Assembly: GCF_009914755.1 (NCBI RefSeq)
Contig: NC_060932.1
DNA: 64,000 nucleotides
Strand: one strand, 5' to 3'
DNA from: the human T2T-CHM13v2.0 reference genome, Homo sapiens
Under the pieces are notes generated by a model that was not told the DNA's origin, ran no database searches, and was given only the letters and a program-made list of their open reading frames with translations. The translations under genes were made by a program, and so were the position numbers. How positions within the stretch are numbered: the stretch's first letter is position 1; each line of letters starts with the position of its first letter. This document shows positions 1-15,799 of the stretch, one piece after another.

Positions 1-1535
<1,535 letters not shown>

Positions 1536-1544
1536 ATATGGGGG

Positions 1545-2060
1545 TGATATTATACATAATTCAGCCTTAAAAAACAAATACATTTTGTCATTTATGACAA
1601 CATGGATGAATCTGGAGAAGATTATGCTGAGTGAAATATAATCCAGGCACAGAAAACAAATTCTGCCTGATTTTACTTATAGGTAGAATCTAAAAAAGTC
1701 AAACTCATCAAAGTAGAGAGTAGAATGGTGGTTACCAGAGGCTGGGGGTGGGGAGTGGGGAATGGGGAATGGAAAGATACTGGTAAAAACGTACAAAAGT
1801 TTGGTTAGAAAAAAGAAATAATTTTAGAGTAAATTGCACAGTGCAGTGACTATAGTTAATAATAACATGTTGTATATTTCAATATTGCCAAAGAGCACAT
1901 TTTAAACATTCTCATCACAAAGAAATAATAAATACGTGAGGTGAGGGATATGCTAATTAGCGTGATTTATACATATATTGCAATATATACATGTATCGAA
2001 ACATCACATTGTGCCTCATAAATATATATAATTATCATCAACTGAAAATAAAATTTTTAA
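1545..2060 (+). mobile_element. L1M (L1MA-like) 3' end
   Basis: acaacatggatgaatctggag..gtagagagtagaatggtggttaccagaggctggg L1 3'UTR motifs and an A-rich end. Confidence 0.8.
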
Positions 2061-2084
2061 GAGTTAAAATGCTTTGATACCTGC

Positions 2085-2313
2085 ATTTAAAACTGGCATT
2101 GTACAATATAAAGATAAATGGTAAAATTCATGCTAATAACTTAGAATTTTAATTTAGGACAACACTGACTAGCAAACAAATAACACCATGACTCCTGAGA
2201 GACTGCTGAAAAAAGAAAAAGCTTTTTGTTTTAATACCATTAACAGTAATTTTCCCTGCTTTATACATAAGGGGCCCCATATTTCCATTCCTGAAAACTA
2301 AGCTGTTAGTCCT
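2085..2313 (+). mobile_element. hAT DNA transposon relic (MER45-like)
   Basis: Ends in ggggccccatatttccatt...gtcct, resembling the MER45 terminus. Confidence 0.45.
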
Positions 2314-2314
2314 A

Positions 2315-3150
2315 GTTTTTCTGCATCAATGCCAAGACTTGATATGCTCAGTATGTTCAATTTACGTCTCTTTAGTTGGTATGTAGTATTATCTCATATA
2401 GGTTGTATATGTACTTCCCTAGAAGCTAATGATTTGAACATATTTTCATACTTCATATCCTTTGCATAGCTTATTTGGTAATGTGCCTATTTAGATCTTT
2501 TTTCCACTTTGTAAAATAAAAATATAGGTTTTTGTGCTGTTGATGAATTACAAGATTTGTTTGTATATTCTGGCTATGGTTTCTTTACCAGATACATGAT
2601 TTTCAATTGTTTCTTTGTAGTCTGTGGCTTGTCTTTTTTCTTTATAGTTGTCTTCTCTGGAAGACAGGTTTTAAAATTTTGATTCAAAAGTCCAATTTAT
2701 CAATTTTTATGCAACATGCGTTTATAGCTCTTATAGTTAGTTTATGATACATTTTGCAATTATTGTACATGTGTCCAAGTTCATTTTTATTTTGTCATAT
2801 AGAGTGACAGTTATTCTAATACTATTTGTTGAAAAGACTAGCCTTTTACCCACTTAATTGTCTTGGCAATTTTGTCAAAAATCAATTTACCATGAATGTG
2901 TGGATTTATTATTGGAATATCTATTCTAATTCATTAACCTGTATGTCTATCCTTATAGGAAAGCACACTGTCTCTATTACTGTAGCTTTACACTGAGTTT
3001 GAAATCAGGTAGTGCAAGTGCCATGAGTTTTTAAATATTTTCCCAAATTGTTTTGGCTATTCTAGGTCCTTTACATATTCATCTATATTTTATTATCAGC
3101 TTTGTAATTTCTGCAAGAGTCCTGCTGGGATATTGCATTTTCAATATCAT
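2315..3150 (-). mobile_element. Old L1M ORF2 fragment
   Basis: actatttgttgaaaagacta, tactgtagcttta, gttttggctattctaggtcct (antisense L1 ORF2). Confidence 0.8.
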
Positions 3151-3152
3151 AG

Positions 3153-3450
<298 letters not shown>

Positions 3451-4647
3451 AAAACTCCTTTTAAGAAAGGATGAGACGGTATTGGTGATGGAGCTTGCTG
3501 TAGCAGGCAAGCAACATCAGTTTGCAAGGAAAAAAAATTCATCTTGTTTGTGCTGTCATTGAACAGGACTGACAACAGCATGAACAATAGTCAACACCAC
3601 AGACATTTCAATTGGTTCAGCTAACACAATTCTGGCTGAAAAATTAAAGGTGAGCAAATTTTCCACTCAGTGGGTGCCAAAGTCATTGTGTCCAGAGATA
3701 GATAAGAGCAGATAAGAGCAGAACTTTGATGGAGATCAGATAAGAACAGAACTTTGATGGAAATTTTTTGAAGCAATTTTGAAAAAAAAATCAAATAAAA
3801 CTAGTGAATTTTGCAAGTCATTGGATACACAATCAGTGTATTAATATAACAATGAATTGGATTTCTGTATATTTGGCAACAAATAGAAAATGAGATAAAA
3901 GGTACAATTCCATGTATAATGTTTTTCAAAACAGGAAGTATATAGATATAACATTCATGAAGTATGTACAATTGTGTACAAATAAAAATTAAGATTCTGA
4001 AACATTTCATTGAAGAATTGTAACAGGAGGTGGAACAGCTTTACCAGCACAATCCTGAAGATAAAACACAGTCAAAGCAATGGCTACCAAGTGGTGGACG
4101 TGGTCCAGCCAAAGCCAAAGTGAACCAGTCAAGAGCAAATGTCATGGCAAAAGCTTTTTGAGATACTCAAGATACTTTGCTTGTTGACTTTCTAGAGGGC
4201 CAAAAAACCTGCCAATTAGGAGACTATTTTGAGAAACTTAGCCAAAGCTTTCGCAGAAAAATGCCTATGAAAGTTTCACCCGAGAGTCCTTCATTATAAC
4301 AATGCTCCTGCTCATTCTTCTCAACAATAAGAGCAATTTTGTGAGAGTTTTGATGGAAAATTATTAGGCATCCATCTTATAGTCTTGATTTGGCTCCTTC
4401 TGTCTTCTTTTTGTTTCCTAATCTTAAAAACTCTTTAAAGGGCACTCATTTTTCTTCAGTTAATAATGTAAAAAAGACTTCATTGACCTAGTAAAATTTC
4501 CAGGATCCTCAGTTATTTAGGTCCGGACTAAACAGTTGATATCATTGCTTACAAAACTGTCTTGAACTTGATGTTGAGAAATAAAGTTTATATATTTATT
4601 TTCATATTTTCATTTTATTTTTTCATGAACTTTTAGAGGTCCGTGTA
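3451..4647 (+). mobile_element. HSMAR2-like mariner transposon, 5'-truncated, with decayed transposase and a ~225 bp foreign insert
   Basis: Degenerate mariner motifs WVP (tgggtgcca), DNAPAH-like (aacaatgctcctgctcat), YSPDLAP-like (tatagtcttgatttggctcct) and a 3' TIR-like end at ~4621-4647. Confidence 0.85.
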
Positions 4648-4699
4648 TCTATACCAGATCTTGTATAAAACAAGATGTATGACTAAAAAGAATTTTGGA

Positions 4700-4701
<2 letters not shown>

Positions 4702-4742
<41 letters not shown>

Positions 4743-4790
4743 CATATATATACACACACACATATATTTATTTTATTATAAATATATATT
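4702..4790. repeat. (TG)n/(TA)n/(CA)n compound microsatellite
   Basis: Direct reading. Confidence 0.9.
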
Positions 4791-4967
4791 ATTCTTGGAG
4801 TTAAAAACATGTTAAAACATGTTAATATAATAAGTATATTTTAAGATTTGCTAATTGTCTTCTATGAAGAATAATGCTCTTTAAATCTCTCTTTAAAGCA
4901 CCATATTATGGGATATATAAAAATATACAACATTAATTTGTGTCATACCCATATTTTTATATATTAG

Positions 4968-5151
4968 GTACTCTGGTGGTGTAAAGGATTTTAACATCTG
5001 TAGCTTGGATGACTTTAAATATATTTCTTCTCATAATGGCCTTACATGTCTTCAGACAAACCCTCTTGAAATGCCAACCTACACACACAGGAGAATATGT
5101 GGCAATGGGTTGTTGGAAGGAAGTGAAGAATGTGACTGTGGCACTAAAGAC
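4968..5151 (+). pseudogene. ADAM5: ADAM exon: end of metalloprotease-like domain and start of disintegrin domain (184 nt, phase 2 to 0)
   Basis: Acceptor attag|g, donor gac|gttagt; [61 protein letters not shown]. Confidence 0.93.
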
Positions 5152-5639
5152 GTTAGTAGAATATTTTTTCTAAAATTTAAAAAATGTTCTAGTAGTAAAG
5201 AAGATAAATGCCTTATCTATTAGTAAAATAGATTTGAAAAATATATTCTTTGGAAAAGATGGGAGCCTTTGTTTTCTAATTTTATTATTTTTGGAAGCAT
5301 GGTCCTTAGATAATTTTTGTCTTCAGTTATTGTCTTCTGACATTATTTAGTGTGTGTATTAGCTCCAAACGTAAATTTAATTACCACTAAGAGTGGTGAA
5401 GGGATTGAAAGATATACCCTCAACAACAAGCAGAAATAAAAACAGTTAACAACATCTAAAAACGGTAGATTATAACCAATGGGGTAGCAAAAATGCATGG
5501 TTTGTTAATATAGGTAAAAACATTTTCTGTGGAAAGGTGATTCTAATTAAAATATTTTGAAATTAAATCTATCATAATTATAAAAAATATAAAAATATAC
5601 AACCAAGATCAAACAAAAATAATTATAAAATATGATAAA

Positions 5640-5845
5640 GGGACATCCGCAAGATGGCCCATTAGACAGCACTAGAGGTGCCTAATGCTGGTCTCCCAAC
5701 ACAAGAGAGGACCAAAACAATGGATAAACAACTACATTTGACCAGAGTGAGTCATAGAGTGCTGGAGTACAGGAGGGGAGTGGCAAAAACCCAGTGGTGC
5801 ACAGAAACTCAGAATGACTGCTTAGAGAGAAGAAGGAAACACTGC
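5640..5845 (+). mobile_element. Old L1 5'UTR fragment
   Basis: Begins ..caagatggcccattagacagc, typical of an L1 5' end. Confidence 0.5.
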
Positions 5846-7598
5846 GGTTATGACAAGATAAACGCATAATGATAAAGAACAAGAAGTAAAACTCAGTCTG
5901 GCTTAGAAATATAGATTACTGGCAATCTTCAAAATAATAAAACTAATGAATCTTGCAAGTCATTGAATACAAAAGTCAACATATAACAATGAATTGGATT
6001 TCTGTGTAGAAACAGCGAACAGAAAATGAAATCAAAGGGACAATTCTACATATAATGTTTCCCAAAACATGATATGTATAGATATAACAAAATAACGTGC
6101 AATTGTGCGCAATAAAAATTAACATTACTCAGGAAAAGCAAAAAACATTGAAATGAATGGAGACATTTCCCACTTTCATGGATTGGGAGACATAATATTG
6201 AGATTTCAGCTCTACACAAATGGATCCATACATTTAACACAGCCCCAACCAAAATCCACTTATCTTTTTGTAGAAATTGACAAGCTGATTCTACGATTGA
6301 TATGGAAATGGAAATGACCTAGAATAAACCAAGCCATGAAAAGAAAAACAATAAATTGGAGCACATATGCTAATTTTCTATAAATTTCAATATTTTCTAT
6401 GAAGTTATAATAATGAAAAGGTAGTATTGACCAAAGGATAAATATATACAATTAATAAAGTAGAACAGAGAATCCAGCTATAAAATAATATTTATATGGC
6501 CATTTTGCATGGTAAGACAAAGGGCTATTCAATGGGTGAAGAAAATCTTTCCAACAAAATTGTATGAACTAAACATATGTGTAAATAAAATAAAACTTCA
6601 CCTCTCACCAGACACAAAAAATTGACTTGAAATAAATCAAAGACCTAAAAATTAGAGCTAAAGCTCAAAAACTTTTGGGATAAAACATAAGAGAAAATCT
6701 TTGTGACTGGTGGTAGGCAAAATTTTTTAGATTATGGCGAAAAGAAGAAGTTTAAAGAGAAAAATGATAAGTTGTACTTTCTCAAATTTAGAACCTTTTT
6801 CACTTAGACTCTGATAAAAATAAAATGGCAAGCTCCAGAATGTGAGAAAATATGTACAATTTGTATATTGACAAGTGGCTTTTATTCAAATATGTGAAAA
6901 GACAAGACTTAGTTTCTGGTCAGGTATCTAAGACACTTGGAAGTTGCCACTCCAATGTGTCAACTAGTAAAAAGGTGAACAGACTGAATAAGCTGCAACT
7001 CTTTTTAGATCTGTTGGAGAAGTGAGATCACAGGATGAAGCACTGCCCCCAAATTCAATAGACCAACAAGTGAATACAGAGGATCACAACTTGCTAGAAC
7101 AGAAGCATGTGAGTTAAACTTTCACACAGCCAGCGCTGGAGTAGAAAAGCCTAAACTAAAATTGACAAATGTCAGAGGCTCAGTGTATGTAACTATGAGA
7201 GTTAAGAACTCCAGGAGGACCCAGTTATTGAGGTTGTTATCATATTTTTATGAGCTTTACCTCTAGAAGTTTAATCTTGTTCTCACAGTGAATATCAGAG
7301 AAAAATTCCCTGTGCTTCCAGAAGAAGGAGGAGAAAAGGAACCATTTTGAAATAAGTCAGAGTGTTCAGTTCCTACCAAAAAGAAATGGAAGGGAAAAAT
7401 TAGGATGATTATGTTATTATGAATTACACTATCCCTGAAGTGGTATAGTGTTATTTGAAAGTGGACTTGGATTAGTTGTAAATGTATATTTTCATCTCTA
7501 GGGCCACCACTAAAAAAATGTTTTAAAAAAGTATAACTGATACACTAAGAAAAGATAGAAAATAGCATTGTAAAATGCTCAGTTAAACACAAAAGGCA

Positions 7599-7750
7599 GG
7601 CTGGGCATCGTGACGTGCACCTGTAGTTTCAGCTACTTGAGAGGATGAGGTGAGAGGATTCCTTGAACCTAGAAGTTCAAATCAGCCTGAGCAACATGGT
7701 GAGATCCTTTTTCTAAAAAGAAATAAAAAAGGAAAAGAAAAAAAAGACAA
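7599..7750 (+). mobile_element. Alu monomer (FLAM-like)
   Basis: ggctgggcatcgtg..cctgtagtttcagctacttgagagg..cagcctgagcaacatgg plus A-tail. Confidence 0.8.
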
Positions 7751-7915
7751 AAACAAGAAGAACCAAAGTCACACAAATAGAAAACAGCAATAAATATAGT
7801 AGTTATTAATTTAACTGTATTCATTATCACTTTGCTTTCAATGATTTAAGTGCACCAATTTAAAAAATAAAAGAGATTGTCAGAATGGATCAAAAACCAA
7901 GATCTAGCTCTCTGT

Positions 7916-8446
7916 TGTGGTGGGTAATACTGAGTGTCAGATTGACTGGAATGAAGGATGCAAAGTATTGTTCCTGGGTGTGTCTGTGAGGGTGTTGCCA
8001 AAAGAGATTAACATTTGAGTCAGTGGACTGGGAGAGGCAGTGGACTGGGAGAGACCCACCCTTAATCTGGGTAGGCACCATCTAATCAGCTGCCAGCACG
8101 GCCAGAATAAAAGCAGGCAGAAGAACATTGAAAGACTAGACTGGCTGAGTCTTCTGGCCTACATCTTTCCCCCATGCTGAATGCTTCCTGCCCTTGAACA
8201 TCGAACTCCAAGTTCTTCAGCTTTGGTACTCTTGGACCTTCGACCACAGACTGAAGGCTGCGCTATCGGATTCCCTACTTTTGAGATTTTGGGACTGAGA
8301 CTGGCTTCCTTGCTCCTCAGTGTGCAGATGGCCTATTGTGGGACCTCACCTTCTGATCATGTGAGTCAATACTCTTTAATAAACTCCCCTTTATATATAC
8401 ATCTATCCTATTTGTTCTGTCCCTCTAGAGAACCCTGACAAATACA
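7916..8446 (+). mobile_element. MLT2 (ERVL) solo LTR
   Basis: tgtggtgggtaatactgagtgtc...ctagagaaccctgacaaataca; TG...CA termini. Confidence 0.9.
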
Positions 8447-11434
8447 GTTGTCTACAAGGAGCCCTCTTTAATATAAATATACATGTAGATAAAAATTACA
8501 GAATGGAGAAAAATATGCTATGCAACAGTGATAAAAAAAAATCCAGGAGTAGCTATATTAATTTCAGACAAGCAGTCTGCAGAGTGAGGGACAATTATAA
8601 TGACAAAGGGGTCAATTCTGCAAGAAGACATAACAATTTTTAATGTGTATGTGACTAACAACAGAGTATCAAAATACATGAGGCAAAAACTGATAGAACT
8701 GTAAGGAGAAATAGATGAATCTGTTATTATAGCTGGAGACTTCAACACTGCTTTATCAGAAAAAGGCAGATCCAGCAGACAAAAAATCAGTAAAGACATA
8801 GTGGAACTCAACAATAACTTTAACCAACTGGATATAATGGACATCTATGGATGACTTCATCCAACAAAAGAATACACATTTTTCTCAAAGTCATATTGAA
8901 CATTCAGCAAGACAGGCCATGTTCTGAGCCACAAATACCACTGAACAAACTTCAAGGAATAGATACCATAAAATGTCTGACCTCAGACCACAGTGAAAAT
9001 GAACTAGAAATTTGTAACAGAAAGATTGCTGGAAAGTCCCAAAAACTTGGAGATTAAAAATCACATGTCTAAATAACACATGGGTTATCTAAGAAATATC
9101 AGGAGAAATTTAAAAATAGTTTGAACTGAATAAAAATAAATACACAGTTATCAAAAGCCATGGTATTCAGCAAAACAGTGCTCAGAGTAAAGTTTATAAC
9201 ATTGGTTGCATGTATTAGAAAAGGAAAAATATCTAAAATCAACAGTGTAAGCTTCCACCTTAAGAAACCAGTAAAAGAACAAACTAAAGTAAGCATAAGA
9301 AAAAAAATAATAAAAATTAGAGCAGAAATCAATGAAACTGAAAACAATAAATTAATAGGTACAATCAATAAGATTAAAAGATGGTTTTTTGAAAAGATCA
9401 ATAAAATTAATATGCCTCTTATCAGACTAAGAAAAAAGAGAAATGACACATATTACTAACATCAGAAATAAAAGAGAGTACATCACTACAGACAGGGTAT
9501 TAAAAGGATGATCAAGGAGCTATATGAACAACTCTATGCCCACAAATTTTATAACTTAGATAAATTGACTAAATCCTTGAAATACAATCTGCCAGATTTA
9601 AACAAAAACAGACAATATTAATAGGCCTACATCTATTTAAGAAATTGAATAAATAATTAATAACCTTCCAGAAGAGAAAGCATCAGGCCCAGGTGAATTT
9701 ACCAGTAAATTCTACTAATCATGTAAAGAAAAAACATATACCAATTCTCTATAGTCTCTTTTAGAAGATAAAAGCAAAGGAAATACTTCTTAACTTATTC
9801 TGTGAAGTCAGCATACTCAAATACTGAAAACCAAAATGAAGGCCTTACAAAGAAAGAAAACTACAAAACAGTATCACTCAAAAGCATAGAGGCAAAAATA
9901 CCCAACAAAATATTAGCAAATAAATTCCAACAATGTATAAAAAGAATTGTACAACATAATCAGGTAGGATTTATCCCAAATGTGCAAGGCTAGTTCAACA
10001 TTTGAAAATCAGCTAATGTAATCCATCACATCAACAAAGTAAAGGTAGAAAAATTATGTGATCATATTAATAGATGCATTAAAAGCATTTTATAGAAGTT
10101 AACAATCATTCATGATAAAAACACTGAGTAAATTAAGAATGACAAAAACTTCCTCAACTCAATTAAAAAATATCAACAAAGAACCGACCTGTGAGGAATT
10201 GGAAGCTTTTTCACTAAATCAGGAACAAATGAAGGATGTCCCCTTTCACCACTACTTTTCAATATCACACTGGGAGCCCTAGGTAATGCAATAAATGATA
10301 AATGTAAATAAATTGATACACATTCGGAGGAAGGAAATTAAAGTGTCATTGTTCCCAAATGGCATGATAGTCTATGTAAAAAATCTGAAAAAATCAGCAA
10401 CAGCAAAAAACCATGTGAAACAAATAAGTGGTTATAGCAAGGTTGTAGGATACAAGGTTAATATATGAAAGTCAACCTTTTTCATATATACCAACAATGA
10501 ACAGGTAGAATTTGAAATTAAAAAATGCGATACCATCTACATTCTCATTCCCTGAAATTAAATACTTAGGTATAAATCTAAAAAAATGTTCAAGATCTAT
10601 ATGAGGAAAAGTATAAAACTCTGATTTTAAAAAAAGAAAAAACCAAATAAGTTAAGCAATATTCCATGTTTATAAATAGGAAAACAATATTTTCAGATGT
10701 CAGCTCTTCCAACTTTGATCTAGAAATTCAATGCAATTCCAATCAAAATCTCAGAAAAGTTGTTTGTGGATACCGATAAAGTAATTCTAAAGTTTGTATG
10801 GAGAGGCAATAAACCCAGAATAGTCACAATATTAAAGGACAATAACAAAGTTTGAGGACTGATACTACCTGACTCAAGAGTTACTATAAACGTACAACAA
10901 TGAGGAAAGTGTAGTATTTACATAAGAATACACAGATAGATTGATGGAATGGGATACAGAGCCCAGAAATAGACCGATATAAATATAGTCAACTGATTTT
11001 TGACAAAGGAGCTAAGATCATATGATGGAACAAAGATAGTATTTTCAACAAATGGTGCTAGAACAACTGGATATCCATGTGCACAAATGTGAATATTGAC
11101 ACAAACCTTATACGTTTTGCAAAAACTAACTTAAAATGGATCACACTCCTAAATGTAAAATGCAAAACTGTAACACTTCTATGAGATAACATAGGAGAAA
11201 ATCTAGAAGATCTTGGGTTTGGCAATGACTTTTTAGATTAAAAAAACCAAAGGCACATACATGAAATAAATAATTGAGAAAATGGGCTGTATTGAAATTT
11301 AAATAATGTCTCTCTGCAGAAGATGCTTTCAAGAAAATGAAAAGACAAGTCACAGATTTTTGAGAAAATATTTGCAAAAGACAGACATTATAAAGGACTT
11401 TATCCAAAATACACAAAGAACTTTTAAAGCTCAA

Positions 11435-13702
11435 TTATACAGTTTGACTGTGTCCCCACCCTAATCTTGTCTTGAACTGTAGTTCCCAGAATCCCCACAT
11501 GTGGGGGGAGGGACCCAGTGGGAGGTAATTTAATCATGGGGGTGGCTACCCTCATGTTGTTCTTGTGATAGTGAATTCTCATGAGATCTGATGGTTTTAT
11601 AAGAGGCTTTTCTCCCTTTTGCTTGGTACTTCTTGCTGCAGCCATGTGAAGGATGTGTTTGCTCCCCTTTTGCCATGATTGTAAGTGTCCTGGCTCCCCT
11701 GCCAGCCATGCTGAACTATGAGTCAATTAAACTTTTTTTATAAATTACCCACTGGCAGGTATGTCTTTATTAGCAATGTGAGACTGAACTAACATAGTAA
11801 GTTGGTACCAGGAGTGGGAGGCTGCTGTGGAATTGACTTTGGAACCTAAAGATGTGGAAGTGGCTTTGGAACTGGGTAACAGGCGAAGATTGGAACAGTT
11901 TGGAGGGTTCAGAAAAAGACAGGAAGATGTGGGAAATTTTGGAATGTCCTTGAGACTTGTTGAATAGCTTTGATGAAAATGTTGATAGTGATATGGACAA
12001 TGAAGTTCAGGCTAAGGTGGTCTCAGATGGAGATGAGGAGCTTCTTGGGAACTGCAATAAAAGTAATTCTTGCTATGCTTCAGCAAGAGACTGGCAGCAT
12101 TTTGCTCCTGCCCTAGAGATCTGTGGAACTTTGAACTTGAGAGAGATAATTTAGAGTATCTGGCAGAAAAAATTTCTAAGCAGCAAAGCATTCAAGATGT
12201 GACTTTTTAAAATTTATTCACAAAGATATTGTTTGGAATTGGAACTTATGTTTAAAAGGGAAACAGAGCATAAAAGTTTGGAAAATTCACAGGCTGATGA
12301 TGTGATAGAGAAGAAAAAAAAACCATTTTCTGAAGAGAAAGAGAAATTCAAGCTATCTCCAGAAATTTGCATAAGTAATGAGGAGCCAATGTTAATCACC
12401 AAGACAATGGGGAATATATCTCCAGGGCATGTCAGAAGGGCAGCCCTTCCCATCACAGACCCAGAGGACTAGGAGGAAAAATGGTTTCATGGGCTGGGCC
12501 CAGGGTCTTGCTGCTTTGTGCAGTCTCAGGATTTGGTGTCCTACATCCCAACCATGGCTAAAAGGGCAGAGGCACAGCTCAGGCTATGGCTTCAAAGGGT
12601 GCAAGCCCCCCAAGCCTTGGCAGCTTCTACGTGGTGTTTAGCCTGTGGGCACACAGAAGTCAAGAATTGAGGTTTGGAACCTCTGCCTAGATTTCAGAGG
12701 ATGTATTGAAATGCCCGGATGTCCAGGCAGAAGTTTGCTGCAGGCTGGCACCCTCATGGAGAACCTCTGCTAGGGAAGTGCAAAAGGGAAATGTGGGGTT
12801 GGAGCCCCTCCCAAAGAAGTCCCCACCATGGCACTGCCTAGTGGAGCTGTGAGAAGAGGGCCACCATTCTCCTGAACCTAGAATGGTAGATCCATTGACA
12901 GCTTGCACTGTGCACCTGGAAAAGCCAGAGACACTCATGCCAGCCCACAAAGAAAGCTGGGAGGGGTGCTGTACCCTGAAAAGCCACAGGGGCACAGTTG
13001 CCCAAGGCTGTGGGAACCCACCTCTTGCATCAGTGTGACCTGGATGTGAGATGTGGAGTCAAAGGAGATCATTTCAGAGCTTTAAGATGTGACTGCCCCA
13101 ATGGATTTTGGACTTGCATGGGGCCTGTAGCGCCTTCATTTTGGCCAATTTCTCCCATTTGGAATGGATGTATTTATGCAATGTCTATACCCCATTGCAT
13201 CTAGAAAGTAACTAACTTGCTTTTGATTTTACAGGCTTATAGGCAGAAAGAACTTACCCTGCTGGGAAAGCATGATTGTGTTTTAAAATGTGACGACATG
13301 AGATTTGGGAAGGGCCATGGGCACAATGATATGGTTTTGCTGTGTCCCCACCCAAATCTCATTTTGAATTGCAGTTCTCATGATCCCCATGTTTTGTGGG
13401 AGGGACCCAGTGGGAAGTAATTGAATCATGGAGGTGGTTACCCTCATGCTGTTCTTGTGATAGTGAGTGAGTTCTCATGAGATCTGATAGTTTTATAAGG
13501 GGTTTTTCTCCCTATTGCTTGGCACTTCTCCTCGCTGCAGCCATATGAAGAAGGACATGTTTGCTTCCCATTCTCCCATGACTGTAAGTGTCCCGAGGCC
13601 TCCCCAGCCATGCTGAACTGTGAGTCAATTAAACCTCTTACCTTTATAAATTACCCAGCATTGGGTATGTTTTTACTAGCAGTTTGAGAAGAGACTAATA
13701 CA
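11435..13702 (+). mobile_element. Full-length THE1 (THE1C/D-like) MaLR provirus: LTR 11435-11796, internal region, LTR 13327-13702
   Basis: Two similar LTRs, internal region starting gtaagttggtacca, 5-bp TSD ctcaa at 11430-11434 and 13703-13707. Confidence 0.93.
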
Positions 13703-15799
13703 CTCAACAGTAAGAAAACAAACAACCTGAGTAAAAAAGAGCCAAGGACTTTAACAGACACCTTGCCAAAAAAAGGTATACAGATGGCAAATATGAAAAG
13801 GTGCTCCACATCATATATTATTGCTGAAATGCAAATTAAAACACCAAGGTACCACTACCTACCTATTAAATGATCAAAAATCTAGAACACTAAAAACACA
13901 AAATGCTGATGAGGCTGTGGGGCAACAGGAATTCTCATTCATTATTTAATAAGCAAGATGAGTGGAATGCAAAATAGCACAGCCATTTTGGAAAATAGGA
14001 TGGTGGTTTCTTTTAAAACTAAACATGCTCTTACCATATTATCCGGCAATCACTCTCTTTAGTATTTTACCCAAAAGAGTTGCAGATTTATGTCCACATA
14101 TAAACATGCACACAGATGTTTCTAGTAGCTGCACACAGATGTTTCTAGTAGATTAATTTTTAATTGCCAAAACTTGGAAGCAACTAAAATATTTTTGAAT
14201 AGGTAAATGAATAAATAGTCTTTGCTGCATTGGACAATGGAACAATGCTCTAAAAATATTGTCTATTAAATAAAAAGTGCTAAAAAGAAATGAGCTATCA
14301 AGCCATGAAAAAACATGAAGAAATCTAAGATATGTATTACTAGGTCAAAGAAGCCATCTGAAAAAGCTGTGTACCACATGGTTTCAACTATATGACATTC
14401 TAGAAAAGATAACAGTATGGGGACAGTAAAAAGATCAGCAGTTGCCAGGGGTTAAAGGGACGGGAGGGATGATTAGGTAGAACACAGAGGACTTTTAGGA
14501 CAGTGAAACTACTCTGTATGATACTGTGGTGGTGGATACATGTCATTATAAATTTTTCAAACACATACCATGTACAACACCAAAGTAAACCCTAACTAAT
14601 GTAAAATTGAACTCCAGGTGTAATGGTGTGTCAAGGTAGGGTTATCATTTGTAACAAATGTACCACTCTGATCTGTTGATAAGGAGGGAGGCTGTGTATG
14701 TGTGTGGGCGAGGCATGTGGAAAATCTCTGTACCTTCTGCCCAATTTTGCTGTGATCCTAACAATGCTCTAAAAATATTTTATATTAAACAAAATTTAAA
14801 AAGACAAAATCTGTATTTCTTGAGAGTACATATTATAACTCAATTAAAAGGAGACAAATGACCTAATAAAATTAGGCAAAATAATTTGGACAGTTTACAG
14901 TAGATTATTTATAAATGACAATAAGAAAATGAAATGATGTTTAATATCACTAGTCATCTGGGAAAAATAATTAAAACCACATCATATATACTGCACACAT
15001 ATTAGAATGTCTGTAATAATACATCCCCTTCTGATAAAAATAGTGAGTTTTGTTGAGATGTAGAGCAACTGAAATTTGTGTAAATTGCTAGTTGGGTGTA
15101 AAAATATTTGAAGCATTTTGGCCATGTCTTATAAAGTTAAATATATACTTTCCTTTTGACCTAGATTTCCATCTCTGAGTATTTTTTTTCCAAAGAAATG
15201 AAAATATATATCCCCCAAAATATTTCTACATGAATGTTTAGAGCTGCTTTATTCATGGCAGCCAAATACTAGAAATAATCCAAATACCTATCATTATTTG
15301 GACAGATACATTGTGGTATTTCTAGTCATTGGAAAACTACTCAGCAATAAAAAATGAACAAAATGCTGGTAAATTTATCACCATTGGTGAATCACAAAAA
15401 AGATTATGCTGATTGAAATGAGCCAGATTCACAAGGTTATGTGATATATGATTCTGTTTCTGTAAAATTATAAAAAAATGGCAAGTAATCTTTAGTGTGA
15501 AGAAGTGGTTGACTTCAATAAGTAGGAGATATCTCTGGTCGGCAATGGAAGTGTTCTGTAACTTGATTATATGAGTAAATGCATATGGCAAAATTCATTA
15601 AACTAAACATTTTAAATGGGTGTAGTTTATTGCAATTAAGTTAGTTGAAGGGTACATGCTTTCAGTTATGCAAGAATACCCTCTACTGTAAATTTATGTA
15701 GCCAGAATACTTCTCCCAGAATACTTTTGTTGATTCTGTAGTTAACTCAGTGTATGATTGTGATTCAACCATGATTTGATAATTGGAGTTCTATCCTAA

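Larger units (their letters stand above)
5920..15640 (+). mobile_element. Nested L1 cluster: old L1ME-like element (5920-6900 and 14810-15640) interrupted by a long L1MC-like element (~6900-14800)
   Basis: Colinear degenerate ORF2 (ORFs 9160-9459 and 9802-9993 are ORF2-like) and two distinct L1 3'UTRs; possible TSD aaaagacaa at ~6897 and ~14799. Confidence 0.75.

Noticed and set aside
11957-13204. Cluster of ORFs in the THE1 internal region
   Set aside because: Fragmented MaLR internal ORF remnants; no intact gag or pol.
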